Part shown: piece after piece, positions 32,576 to 42,626 of the stretch
Layout: each line of letters starts with the position of its first letter
How positions within the stretch are numbered: position 1 is the stretch's first letter
Assembly (NCBI GenBank): GCA_027307335.1
Contig: DAHUXD010000050.1
Coordinates: 536 to 64,535 of the forward strand
DNA length: 64,000 nucleotides
Direction of reading: 5' to 3'
From: Acidobacteriota bacterium
Lineage (GTDB): Bacteria; Acidobacteriota; Thermoanaerobaculia; UBA5066; Gp7-AA6
Notes under the pieces: model-generated
What the model saw: the letters and a program-made list of their open reading frames with translations, nothing else
The model's database searches: none
Told to the model about the DNA's origin: nothing
Position numbers and translations under genes: made by a program

Positions 32576-33915
32576 GCCGTCTGCGCCCGCGACGACTCGG
32601 TCAGCGCCCGCACGGCGTCGCGGCCGAAGCGGAGCTGGTCGTGGAGGTGGCTGTACACGAAGGCGCCCGCGCGCCCGAGCGCCTCGAGGTTCGAGAAGCG
32701 CGACAGCGCCTCGCGGACCGCGGCGACGTCGTTCGCGTAGTCCCGGGTGTAGACCGGGTAGGCATTCGGAATCGTGTGCGCGCGCCACTCGACCACGAGC
32801 CGCGGGTGCACGAGGCGCAGCGCGGCGAGCTCGCGGAGGACGCGTTGCGCGAAGTCCGCTGGCGAGAGCCGCGCGACGGCATCGCCGCGGAAGCACGGCG
32901 CCTCGGCGACGAGCGCGGTCTCGTGGGCCGGTCCCATCGCGATCGAGCGGTTCTTCGGCTCGTAGATGCGGCTGACGCAGAACGCCGGATCGGGCACGTA
33001 GATCGACGCCTTGGACGACAGCCGGTCGACGCGGAGGCGCACGAACAGCAGCCGCACGTCGCGAAACCGCAGCCGGGAGGCGGCCGCGCGGGCCGCGTCC
33101 GGCACGGCGTCGCCCAGGAGCCGCGCGAGGACCGGCAGCGGCAACGTCGAGATCACGCGATCGCGCACCTCGAGCGTCTCGCCCGTCGCGCCGCGAACCC
33201 GCCGGACCTCGTCCCCCGTATGCTCGAGCGCGGCCACCTCGAAGCCCGTGCGCACCGACTCCCGCGGCAGCGCCGCCGCGAGGGCCTCCACGATGCGGCC
33301 GTAGCCGCCGCGGGGGTAGAGAAAGCTGCCGTCGATGTGCTCGGCCTTGCGGCCCGGCACGAGCAGCTCGTAGAAGAGCGACCGCAGCGTCATGCCGCGC
33401 AGGCGGCGCGTCGCGACGTCGGGCGAGAGCCGGTCGGTCGGCAGACCCCAGAGCTTCTCCGAGTAGTTGAGGAGGATGCGCCGCGCCAGCGTGCGGCCGA
33501 ACCGGCGCACCGCGAGGTCCTCGAAGCTGAACGCCGGCGGGTGGCGGCGCAGCGTCGAGCGCGCGAGATCGGCCAGGATGCGGCCCGCCTCCCGCGGCCC
33601 GTACGCGAAGACGGCGTTGAGCGGCGTCGGAGGAAAGTCGATGAAGCGCCCGCGCTCCCAGATCGCGCTCGGGGCGTCGACGCGCACGAGCTCGTCGCCG
33701 AGGAGCGCGGCGACGTCGCGCGTGATCTCGGGGTCGCGGTCGTGGAAGCGGTGGGCGCCCGTGTCGTAGCGGTGCGCGCCGCACTCGAGCGTGCGGCACA
33801 TGCCGCCGAGCGTCTCCGAGGCCTCGCCGAGGACGAATGGGATTCCCGCGCGGTGCGCGTAGAACGCCACGCCCAGACCGGCCGGTCCCCCGCCGAGGAT
33901 CGTGATGTGCGGCAT
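32572..33915 (-). CDS. FAD-dependent oxidoreductase (HemY / UDP-galactopyranose mutase-like)
   Basis: Motifs ILGGGPAGL, LGGMCRT, DTGAHRF, YSEKLWG, FLYPRGG, AYPVY and GRAGAFVY. Confidence 0.82.
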   Translation of the reverse strand: MPHITILGGGPAGLGVAFYAHRAGIPFVLGEASETLGGMCRTLECGAHRYDTGAHRFHDRDPEITRDVAALLGDELVRVDAPSAIWERGRFIDFPPTPLNAVFAYGPREAGRILADLARSTLRRHPPAFSFEDLAVRRFGRTLARRILLNYSEKLWGLPTDRLSPDVATRRLRGMTLRSLFYELLVPGRKAEHIDGSFLYPRGGYGRIVEALAAALPRESVRTGFEVAALEHTGDEVRRVRGATGETLEVRDRVISTLPLPVLARLLGDAVPDAARAAASRLRFRDVRLLFVRLRVDRLSSKASIYVPDPAFCVSRIYEPKNRSIAMGPAHETALVAEAPCFRGDAVARLSPADFAQRVLRELAALRLVHPRLVVEWRAHTIPNAYPVYTRDYANDVAAVREALSRFSNLEALGRAGAFVYSHLHDQLRFGRDAVRALTESSRAQTA

Positions 33916-34009
33916 GGCGCTCGGACAAGGATACCCTCGGCCCCGGCCGCGCCGCCCTCCCGGGCCGCGTCCGCCGGGTCCGCGCGTCGGTCGGGTACCA
34001 TGCCGGTCC

Positions 34010-36202
34010 GTGCGGCGCATCCTCCTCGTCCTCGGCCTCGTGCTCGCGGCGGCCGCCGGGTGGTGGGTCTACCAGAACGCCTCCCTCGAGCGCCTGCGCT
34101 CCCGCTTCGAGCCCTGGATGGCGAGGCTCTCCCGCTGGCGCGACGGGTGCGAGGCGGCCCGCCGGGCGCTCCGGTCCAGGGAGGCGGGCGCGGCCGAGCC
34201 CGCCGGCATCGCCGCCCTCCGGAGCTGGGCGTGGGACGGCCTCGACCGCCTCGGCTACGTCGACTACCGCGTCGAGAAACCCATCCACGACATCCGCCCC
34301 GAGCGGGAGAGGACCTCCGGCCGCGTGGTGTTCACCGTCGGCGGCTTCCGGACGGACGGGACGCGTGTCGAGCGCGCCGCGGAGACGACCGTCACGGAGG
34401 AGAAGGACGCGGTCGGTTCGCGCGTCACGATCGCGTTCGGCCGTCCGCTCTGGAACCGAGAGGAGCGGTCGCCGCGCTTCCACGATGGGACCGCGGCGGC
34501 GGGCCTCGGCGCGCTGCGCCACGACCCGCCCCTCCCGATCGTCAACCACCTCCTCGCCGATCTCTGGCCGGGCTCCGGCGTCGCGGTCCTCGACTTCGAT
34601 CGCGACGGGTACGAGGACCTGTTCGTCGCCGACGGCGTGCGCTCGATCCTGTATCGCAACGACGGCGCCGGCCGCTTCACCGACGTCACGGAGAGGGCCG
34701 GCCTCGCGAAGTCGCCGACCGAAGGCGTCGCGGCGACGGGCGTCGCGGCGGGGGACATCGACGGAGACGGTTACCCGGACCTGCTCGTCACGAACGCCTT
34801 CGGCCCCGTCCGTCTCTTCCACAATCGCGGCGACGGCACGTTCGAGGAGACGACGGCCGCCTCCGGCATCGCGGTTCCCGGAAACGCGCGCTCGGCGGCC
34901 TTCGCCGACGTCGACGGCGACGGCGACCTCGACCTCTTCGTGTGCGTCACCGGCGACTACTACCGCAAGATGCCCGACCCGCCCTTCGACGCGAACGACG
35001 GCCTGCCGAACTTCCTGTACCTGAACGACGGTCACGGCCATTTCACCGACGCCACGAAGGCCTGGGGCATCGATCGCATGACGCGCTGGTCGCTCTCGTG
35101 TCTCTTCCAGGATTACGACCAGGACGGCCGCGTCGACCTGATGGTCACGAACGACTTCGGCCTGAAGAACCTCTACCGAAACGCCGGCGGCCGCCTCGAG
35201 GACGTCGCGAAGCGCACCGGCACGCTCGCGCGCGCCTACGGGATGTCCGGAGCATGGGCGGACTTCGACGGCGACGGCCGTCCCGACGTCTACACGACGG
35301 GCACCGACACGCAGTGGTATTTCCTGCACGAGTACCCCGCGATCCCGGTCGGCTTCATGGGGCGCCTCTTCCTGCCGTTCGCGATCCGATGGTGCGAGGA
35401 GATGGCGGAGGGCAACCACCTCTTCCTGCAGAAGGCGGATCACACGTTCGAGGACGCGACGGCGCGCTCGGGCGCGCAGCATGCCGGCTGGAACTGGAGC
35501 TCGATCGCGGCGGACCTCGACGACGACGGCTGGCCGGACCTGTACGCGACCAACGGCCTTCTGGGCGACGGCCGCGACCGCGACGCCGAGCTCGAGTTCT
35601 GGTGGCAGACGCTCGCGTACTGGGACGACTACGTCGCGGGCACGAAGACCTTCCACTCGAACGGCGCCGGCGTCGCCGGCATGGAGCGCGACCGCTACTT
35701 CCACAACCGCGGCGGCGCGGCCGCCGGCGCTCCTCTCTTCGAGGACCGCGCGTTTCTGGACGGCCTCGACCTCGAGTCGAACGGCCGGGCCGCCGTCGCC
35801 TTCGACGCGAACGGCGACGGCGCGCTCGACCTCTACGTCCGCTCGAACGGCGCCCCCGAGGCGCTCTTCCTCGGCTCGCGCCGCGCCGACGAGCACTTCC
35901 TGCGGCTGCGCCTCGCGGGCTCGCCCGGCCGCGACAACCGCGACGGCATCGGCGCCGAGGTGACCGCGGTCCTCCCGGACGGCCGGCGCATCGTCACGCA
36001 GAACGTCAACCAGAGCGGGTATCTCTCGACCGGGAGCCCGATCGTCCACCTCGGGCTCGGCCGCGCGACGCGTCTCGAGGGGTTGGCCGTGCGGTGGCCC
36101 TCCGGCTACCGGCAGGACCTCGGCGCCGTCGCCGTTGTCGACCGCACGGTGGTCGTCGACGAGGCCGCCGGCGTCCGCGACTTCACGACGCCGGGGCGGT
36201 AG
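34010..36202 (+). CDS. CRTAC1 / ASPIC-UnbV family FG-GAP repeat protein
   Basis: Multiple DxDxDGxxDL repeats, LYRNxG..F.DVT, and C-terminal NRDGIGA...GYLS...VHLGLG...VRWPSG. N-terminal TM or signal sequence. Confidence 0.88.
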   Translation: MRRILLVLGLVLAAAAGWWVYQNASLERLRSRFEPWMARLSRWRDGCEAARRALRSREAGAAEPAGIAALRSWAWDGLDRLGYVDYRVEKPIHDIRPERERTSGRVVFTVGGFRTDGTRVERAAETTVTEEKDAVGSRVTIAFGRPLWNREERSPRFHDGTAAAGLGALRHDPPLPIVNHLLADLWPGSGVAVLDFDRDGYEDLFVADGVRSILYRNDGAGRFTDVTERAGLAKSPTEGVAATGVAAGDIDGDGYPDLLVTNAFGPVRLFHNRGDGTFEETTAASGIAVPGNARSAAFADVDGDGDLDLFVCVTGDYYRKMPDPPFDANDGLPNFLYLNDGHGHFTDATKAWGIDRMTRWSLSCLFQDYDQDGRVDLMVTNDFGLKNLYRNAGGRLEDVAKRTGTLARAYGMSGAWADFDGDGRPDVYTTGTDTQWYFLHEYPAIPVGFMGRLFLPFAIRWCEEMAEGNHLFLQKADHTFEDATARSGAQHAGWNWSSIAADLDDDGWPDLYATNGLLGDGRDRDAELEFWWQTLAYWDDYVAGTKTFHSNGAGVAGMERDRYFHNRGGAAAGAPLFEDRAFLDGLDLESNGRAAVAFDANGDGALDLYVRSNGAPEALFLGSRRADEHFLRLRLAGSPGRDNRDGIGAEVTAVLPDGRRIVTQNVNQSGYLSTGSPIVHLGLGRATRLEGLAVRWPSGYRQDLGAVAVVDRTVVVDEAAGVRDFTTPGR

Positions 36203-36215
36203 ACTCGGGATCGCC

Positions 36216-37817
36216 ATGGAAAGCCCGCTGCCCTCGAGCGAGACCTCTTCGTACGACGTCGTCATCGTCGGCGGCGCGGTCGCGGGCGCCTCGACCGCGA
36301 TCGTCCTGAAGCGCGGAAACCCGAAGCTGCGCATCCTGGTCGTCGAGAAGACCGACCGATTCGACTGGAAGGTGGGCGAGTCGACCGTCGAGGTGTCCGC
36401 CTATTTCCTGACAAGGGTCCTCAAGCAGTGGACCTACCTGACGCGCGAGCAGCTGCCGAAGCAGGCGTTCCGGTACTGGTTCTTCAACGACGACGTGCAC
36501 AACCTGCGCGAGGCGTCCGAAACCGGCCCGACGCAGCTCGCGCGCACCCCGTCCTTCCAGCTCGACCGCGCCAAGCTCGACACGCATCTTCTCGAGGTCG
36601 CCGGCGACGAGGGCACCGAGGTGTGGCGCCCCGCGAGGGTCACCGGCTGGACCCTCGGCGAGGGCTCCGGCCCGAACACCCTCACGGTCGAGAAGGCCGA
36701 CGGCGCGATCGCAACCGTGTCCTGCCGCTGGTTGGTGGATGCCACGGGACGGCAGGCGATGCTCGCCCGCAAGCGCGGCGGCGTCACGCCGATCGACTCG
36801 CACCCGACCGCGGCGATCTGGGTCCGGTACCGCAACGTCAAGGACATGGACGGCGTCGCCTGCGCCGGCCCCGATCCCGGCGACCCGTGGCAGCGGTCGG
36901 TTCTGGCGCCGCGGCGCCTCGCGACGAATCACTTCTGCGGCTGGGGCTACTGGATCTGGTTCATCCCGCTCCACGACGGCGAGATGAGCGTTGGTCTCGT
37001 GTGGGACAAACGGCTCGTCACCCCCGAGGGCGGCACGCCGCTCGAGAAGCTCACCCGCTTCCTCGACGGCAACCCGCTGACCCGGGAGATGATCGAGGGC
37101 GCGACTCCGATCGAGGGCGACTGCCGCTATTACGCGCAGCTGCCCTACTTCGTCGACCGGTTCGTCGGTCCCGGCTGGACCTGCGTCGGCGACGCCGGCG
37201 GATTCCTAGATCCCTTCTACTCGCCCGGCCTCGACCAGATGTCGATGTCGGTGTGGGCGCGCACCCGCCTGATCCTCGAGGACCTCGCCGGCGCGGGGCC
37301 GGAGGCGATGGCGGCGAAGTACGACGACCACAACCGGCGCTGGCACCAGTTCTTCCACTACTTCTACGAATCGATCTACCAGGACAAGTACTACGTCATG
37401 GGCGACTACGACACCATGACGACCGCGTTTCTCCTCGACACGGCCCTCTATTACTTCGCGATGGTCATGCCGCTCTACCGCTGGTCGCATGACCGACTCG
37501 GCGTGCCGCCGTTCTTCCAGGACGGCGCCAAGATCGGCTACTACCCGATCCGCTTCTACAACCGCCGGCTGACCACGATCGCCAAGCGGAAGATGGCGCT
37601 CGGCATCTACGGCAACCACAACAAGGGCCTCCGCCCCAAGTTCGTCGGCTTCTCGATCCGCAGCGCGATCTGGGTGATGTTCTTCCACGGATTCCTGCGT
37701 TGGGGGAAGGCCGAGCTCGCGAACGCCTGGACCTACGTCGTGCGCCCGCGGCCGATCGCGAAGCCCGCCGCCGCCGCCGAGCCCGTCCCCGAGCCGCGCG
37801 GCGCCGCGGCCCGTTAG
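36216..37817 (+). CDS. Flavin-dependent halogenase family protein
   Basis: FAD motif GGAVAG, catalytic Lys in WKVGEST, WxWxIP (YWIWFIP) and GDAGGFLDPFYSPG. Confidence 0.85.
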   Translation: MESPLPSSETSSYDVVIVGGAVAGASTAIVLKRGNPKLRILVVEKTDRFDWKVGESTVEVSAYFLTRVLKQWTYLTREQLPKQAFRYWFFNDDVHNLREASETGPTQLARTPSFQLDRAKLDTHLLEVAGDEGTEVWRPARVTGWTLGEGSGPNTLTVEKADGAIATVSCRWLVDATGRQAMLARKRGGVTPIDSHPTAAIWVRYRNVKDMDGVACAGPDPGDPWQRSVLAPRRLATNHFCGWGYWIWFIPLHDGEMSVGLVWDKRLVTPEGGTPLEKLTRFLDGNPLTREMIEGATPIEGDCRYYAQLPYFVDRFVGPGWTCVGDAGGFLDPFYSPGLDQMSMSVWARTRLILEDLAGAGPEAMAAKYDDHNRRWHQFFHYFYESIYQDKYYVMGDYDTMTTAFLLDTALYYFAMVMPLYRWSHDRLGVPPFFQDGAKIGYYPIRFYNRRLTTIAKRKMALGIYGNHNKGLRPKFVGFSIRSAIWVMFFHGFLRWGKAELANAWTYVVRPRPIAKPAAAAEPVPEPRGAAAR

Positions 37818-37830
37818 GCCCGACCTCTCC

Positions 37831-38610
37831 ATGCCGACCGCGCTCGTTACCGGCGCGTCGAGCGGCATCGGTCTCGAGCTCGCGGGCCTCCTCGCGCGCG
37901 ACCGATACGACCTCGTTCTCGTCGCACGAAGCCGCGAGCGGCTCGAGACGGTCGCGCGCGGCCTGGCCGAGGAGTTCGGCATCCGCGCGCGGGTCCTTCC
38001 CGCCGACCTCTCCGATCCCGCGGCGCCGGCGGCGATCGCGGCGGAGCTCTCCGCGTCCGCCACGCCGATCGACGTCCTCGTCAACGACGCGGGCTTCGGC
38101 GCCCACGGCTTCTTCGCGGCGCGGCCTCTCGACGAGCAGCTCGCGATGATCCAGGTCAACGTCGCGGCGCTCACGCACCTGACCGGCCTCTTCCTGCCCG
38201 CGATGCTCGCGCGCCGCTCGGGAAGGATCCTCAACGTCGCGTCGACCGCGGCGTTCCAGCCGGGCCCCCTCATGGCCGTGTACTACGCGACCAAGGCGTA
38301 CGTCCTCTCCTTCTCCGAGGCGCTCGCGAGCGAAACCGCGGGCACCGGCGTGACCGTGACGGCCCTCTGTCCGGGCCCCGTTCCCACGGAGTTCCAGAAG
38401 CGGGCCGGCACCGAGAAGACGACGCTCGTGTCGGGTCCGCTGTCGGTGCCCGCGCGCGCCGTCGCGGAGGCCGGCTATCGCGGCATGCTGCACGGACGTC
38501 CGCTCGTGATTCCCGGTGCCGGAAACCGGGCGCTGGTTCAGGCGCTCCGCATCTCGCCGCGCCGCCTCGTCACGAGAGTCTCGAGGAAGCTGCAGGAGAA
38601 GCGTCGATAA
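37831..38610 (+). CDS. Short-chain dehydrogenase/reductase (DltE-like)
   Basis: Motifs TGASSGIG, NDAG, and the S...YYATK triad. Confidence 0.9.
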   Translation: MPTALVTGASSGIGLELAGLLARDRYDLVLVARSRERLETVARGLAEEFGIRARVLPADLSDPAAPAAIAAELSASATPIDVLVNDAGFGAHGFFAARPLDEQLAMIQVNVAALTHLTGLFLPAMLARRSGRILNVASTAAFQPGPLMAVYYATKAYVLSFSEALASETAGTGVTVTALCPGPVPTEFQKRAGTEKTTLVSGPLSVPARAVAEAGYRGMLHGRPLVIPGAGNRALVQALRISPRRLVTRVSRKLQEKRR

Positions 38611-38633
38611 AGGCTGCTGATACCATCGCCGCG

Positions 38634-41600
38634 GTGCCCCTCTCCTCCTTCCATCCCGCGGTCCGAGACTGGTTCTCCGAGCGCCTGGGCGAGCCGACCG
38701 AGTGCCAGCGCGCGGGTTGGCCCGCGATCGCTGCGGGCGAGAACGCGCTGATCGCCGCGCCCACGGGTTCGGGGAAGACGCTCGCGGCATTCCTCTGGGC
38801 CGTCGACCGGCTCCTGCGCCGGCCGGTGCCGCTGCCGGATGCGACCGAGGTCCTCTACGTCTCGCCGCTGCGCGCGCTCTCGAACGACGTCCACAGGAAC
38901 CTGCAGGCCCCGCTCGCGGAGATCCGGGCGCTCGACGCGTCGCTGCCGGAGATCCGCGTCGACGTGCGCACCGGCGACACGCCCCCGGCCGAGCGCGGCG
39001 CGATGACGAAGCGCCCGCCGCACATCCTCATCACGACCCCCGAGTCGCTCTACCTGCTGCTGACGAGCGATGGCGGCCGCCGCATACTCGCCTCGGTCCG
39101 CACGGCGATCGTGGACGAGATCCACGCCCTCTACCGGGACAAGCGCGGCACGCACCTCGCGCTGTCGCTCGAGCGGCTCGAGGCGCTCGTCGGCCGCCCG
39201 TTCCAGCGCATCGGCCTCTCCGCGACCACGAAGCCCCTCGACGAGGTCGGCCGCTTCCTCGCCGGCGCGGGCCGAGCGTGCCGCCTCGTGGACACGGGCA
39301 CGTACCGGGAGCTCGACGTCGCGATCGAGGTGCCGCCGTCGCCGCTCTCGACCGTCTGCTCGCACGAACAGTGGGAGGAGATTTACGCGCGCGTCGACGC
39401 GCTCGTGCGCGCGCACCGCACGACGCTCGTGTTCGTCAACACCCGCAAGATGGCCGAGCGCCTCGCCGGCAAGCTCTCCGAGCGCCTCGGCCCGGATGCG
39501 GTGACGAGCCACCACGGCAGCCTCGCCCGCGACCGCCGACTCGACGCCGAGGAGCGGCTGAAGGCCGGCAAGCTGCGGGCGCTCGTCGCCACGGCCTCGC
39601 TCGAGCTCGGCATCGACATCGGCGACGTCGACCTCGTCGTCCAGATCGGATCGACGCGCTCGATCTCGACGTTCCTCCAGCGGGTCGGCCGGTCCGGCCA
39701 CGCGCTCTCGCGCGTGCCGAAGGGGCGCCTCTTCCCGCTGACGCTCGACGAGCTGGTGGAGGGCGCGGCGCTCGCGGGGGCGGTCCGCCGGGGGGAGCTC
39801 GACCGGCTCGTGCCGCCGCCGCCGGCGCTCGACATCCTCGCGCAGCAGGTCGTCGCCGCGTGCGTGGCGGGCGAGTGGACGGAGGACGCGCTGTACGCCG
39901 CGTGCGTCCGGGCGGCCCCATACCGCGATCTCTCGCGCGCCGACTTCGATGCGGTGCTCGCGCTCCACTCCCGCGGCCGCCAGGCCCTGCTCCACCGCGA
40001 CGGCGTGGGCGGCCGCGTCCTCGCGACGCGGCGCGCGCGCCTGACCGCGCTCCTCGGCGGCGGCGCGATCCCGGACGCCGCCGACTACCAGGTGAGGCTC
40101 GAGCCCGAGGGCCACCTCGTCGGCACCGTCAACGAGGACTGGGCGATCGAGTCGAACCGCGGCGACATCTTCCAGCTCGGCAACGCCTCCTGGCGGATCC
40201 TCCGCGTCGAGCCCGGCGTCGTGCGCGTGGCGGACGCGCACGGGCAGCCGCCCTCGCTCCCGTTCTGGCTCGGCGAGGCGCCCGGCCGGACCCGCGAGCT
40301 GGCCGACGCCGTCGGCGCCCTGCGCGAGAGGGCGGCCGCCGCGCCGACCGTCGAGGACGCCGTCCGTCGTCTCGCGGAGGACTGCGGCGACGCGCTCCCC
40401 GAGGGCGCCGCGGTCCAGGTCGCCGAGTACGCGGCGGCGGGCGCCCGCGCTCTCGGGGCCGTCCCGACGCGGCGGCGCGTCGTCCTCGAGCGCTTCTTCG
40501 ACGAGAGCGGCGGGACGCAGCTCGTCGTGCACGCGCCGTTCGGCTCGCGGATCAACCGGGCGTGGGGTCTCGCGCTGCGCAAGAAGTTCTGCGTCGGGTT
40601 CGGTTTCGAGCTCCAGGCCGCCGCGAACGAGGAGGCGATCGTCCTCTCGCTCGGGCTCCAGCACAGCTTCGAGCTCGCCGACGTGTTCGAGTACCTGCAC
40701 CCCGACACCGCGCGCGAGGTCCTGATCCAGGCCGTTCTCGGCGCACCGCTCTTCGAGACGCGGTGGCGCTGGAACGCGCAGCGGTCGCTCCTCGTCGAGC
40801 GGTACCGCGGCGGCAAGAAGGTGCCCGCGCCGCTCCTCCGCATGCGCGCGAACGACGCGCTCGCCGACGCGTTCCCGCAGGTCCTCGCGTGCCCCGAGAC
40901 GCTGCCGGGCGGCCCGATCGAGGTCCCGCGCGACCATCCGATCGTCGCGCAGACGATCGAGGACTGCCTGAACGAGGCGATGGACGTCGACGGCTTCCTC
41001 GCGGTGCTGCGGGGCCTGCGGGACGGCTCGATCGAGCGCGTCGCGGTCGACACGGTCGAGCCCTCGGCGTTTGCGCGCGGCATTCTGAGCGCCCAGCCGT
41101 ACACCTTCCTCGACGACGCGCCGCTCGAGGAGCGGCGGACGCACGCCGTGTACGCGCGGCGCGTCCTCGGCCCCGACGCCGCCGACCAGATCGGCTCGCT
41201 CGACCCCGACGCGATCGCGCGCGTTCGCGAGGAGGCGTGGCCGCGCCCCGAAAACGACGAGGAGATCCACGAGGCGCTCCTGTGGATGGGATACGTCGAG
41301 ACCGCCGAGGCGCCCGGGTGGCGCGAGGGCCTCGAGCGCCTCGCCGCCGTCGGTCGCGTCGTCGCAGAGGATGGCCGGTGGTTCGCCGTCGAGGCGAGCC
41401 GCGACCCGAAGGCCGTGCTGCGGGGCCGCCTCGAGGCGCTCGGTCCGATCGAGAGCGGCGACCCGCTCCTGCTCGCGCTCGAGAGCGAGGGCGTCGTGAT
41501 GCGGACGCGCGTCGGCGGAAAGACCGTCTGGTGCGACCGCCGCCTCCTCGCCCGCATCCACCGCTACACGATCGAGCGCCTGCGGCGGGAGATCGAGCCG

Positions 41601-42542
41601 GTCAGCGCGGCGCAGTTCGTCCGCTTCCTCGCGCGGTGGCAGCACGCCGCCGACGCGCACCGCCTCGACGGGCCGCGCGGCGTCGCCGCCGCGGTCGCGC
41701 AGCTCTCGGGATTCGAGACGCCCGCGTGGGCGTGGGAGGGAACGGTGCTCCCCGCGCGCGTGCGCGGATACAAGCGCGAGTGGCTCGACCAGCTCACGAC
41801 CTCGGGCGAGCTCGTGTGGGCGCGGCTCTGGGGATCCGGGCCCGGACCCCTGCGGCGCGCGCCGATCGCCCTGCTGCCCCGCGAGGATCTCGACGCCTGG
41901 CTCGGCCTGCGAACGGGCGAAGCCGCGCCGCCGCCGGTCGGCTCCTCCTCGAGGGTCGTCGACGCCCTCGCGCGCCGGGGCGCGATGTTCTTCGCCGAGT
42001 TGCGCCGCGCGACCGGAGCGGCGTCCGCGGAGCTCGAGGCGGACCTCGAGGAGCTGATCGCGGCGGGCGCCGTGACCTGCGACGCCTACGCGGGACTCCG
42101 CGCGCTCCTCCTGCCCCCGTGGCGCCGCCGGCCCGAGGCGCTCTCCGTCGGCCGCTGGAGCCTCCTCGCCCGCGAGGAGGCCTCCCCGACGACGATCTTC
42201 TCGAAGCCCGACTTCGTCGCGCGGAAGCTCCTCGCGCGCACGGGCGTCGTCTTCCGCAGGACCCTGGAGCGCGAGAAGCAGCCCGTGCCCTGGCGCGAGA
42301 TCGCGCGCGCGCTCCGCGTCCTCGAGGCGCGCGGAGAAGTCCGCGGCGGCCGTTTCGTCGCCGGGTTCGACGGCGAGCAGTACGCGCTCGCCGACGCGGT
42401 CGCCATGCTCCGCGACGAGCGGCGGCGCGGCGGAGAGGAGCCGGTCACGGTCTCCGCCGCCGATCCCCTCAATTTCCGGGGAATCCTCACGCCCGACGAG
42501 AAGGTCTCCCCCGCGACGCGCCGGCACGTCCTCGTCGCCTGA
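38634..42542 (+). CDS. lhr: Lhr-family ATP-dependent helicase with C-terminal extension
   Basis: Motifs APTGSGKT, ITTPESL, DEIH, SAT, LELGIDIG, QRVGRSGH, and C-terminal EARGEVRGGRFVAGFDGEQYA and SAADPLN. Confidence 0.93.
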   Translation: MPLSSFHPAVRDWFSERLGEPTECQRAGWPAIAAGENALIAAPTGSGKTLAAFLWAVDRLLRRPVPLPDATEVLYVSPLRALSNDVHRNLQAPLAEIRALDASLPEIRVDVRTGDTPPAERGAMTKRPPHILITTPESLYLLLTSDGGRRILASVRTAIVDEIHALYRDKRGTHLALSLERLEALVGRPFQRIGLSATTKPLDEVGRFLAGAGRACRLVDTGTYRELDVAIEVPPSPLSTVCSHEQWEEIYARVDALVRAHRTTLVFVNTRKMAERLAGKLSERLGPDAVTSHHGSLARDRRLDAEERLKAGKLRALVATASLELGIDIGDVDLVVQIGSTRSISTFLQRVGRSGHALSRVPKGRLFPLTLDELVEGAALAGAVRRGELDRLVPPPPALDILAQQVVAACVAGEWTEDALYAACVRAAPYRDLSRADFDAVLALHSRGRQALLHRDGVGGRVLATRRARLTALLGGGAIPDAADYQVRLEPEGHLVGTVNEDWAIESNRGDIFQLGNASWRILRVEPGVVRVADAHGQPPSLPFWLGEAPGRTRELADAVGALRERAAAAPTVEDAVRRLAEDCGDALPEGAAVQVAEYAAAGARALGAVPTRRRVVLERFFDESGGTQLVVHAPFGSRINRAWGLALRKKFCVGFGFELQAAANEEAIVLSLGLQHSFELADVFEYLHPDTAREVLIQAVLGAPLFETRWRWNAQRSLLVERYRGGKKVPAPLLRMRANDALADAFPQVLACPETLPGGPIEVPRDHPIVAQTIEDCLNEAMDVDGFLAVLRGLRDGSIERVAVDTVEPSAFARGILSAQPYTFLDDAPLEERRTHAVYARRVLGPDAADQIGSLDPDAIARVREEAWPRPENDEEIHEALLWMGYVETAEAPGWREGLERLAAVGRVVAEDGRWFAVEASRDPKAVLRGRLEALGPIESGDPLLLALESEGVVMRTRVGGKTVWCDRRLLARIHRYTIERLRREIEPVSAAQFVRFLARWQHAADAHRLDGPRGVAAAVAQLSGFETPAWAWEGTVLPARVRGYKREWLDQLTTSGELVWARLWGSGPGPLRRAPIALLPREDLDAWLGLRTGEAAPPPVGSSSRVVDALARRGAMFFAELRRATGAASAELEADLEELIAAGAVTCDAYAGLRALLLPPWRRRPEALSVGRWSLLAREEASPTTIFSKPDFVARKLLARTGVVFRRTLEREKQPVPWREIARALRVLEARGEVRGGRFVAGFDGEQYALADAVAMLRDERRRGGEEPVTVSAADPLNFRGILTPDEKVSPATRRHVLVA

Positions 42543-42626
42543 CCCTTGCGGCGCGAAACGCCGCGTCGGATTGAGGTCGATGCAGCCGAGGTTGACCTCT
42601 CCCGGAGAGAGGTCTCCGTCCCGGCG

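Noticed and set aside
38634-42542. Lhr helicase as part of a defence system or of the halogenase unit
   Set aside because: It is an ordinary repair-type Lhr with its own candidate promoter and no adjacent nuclease or defence genes.
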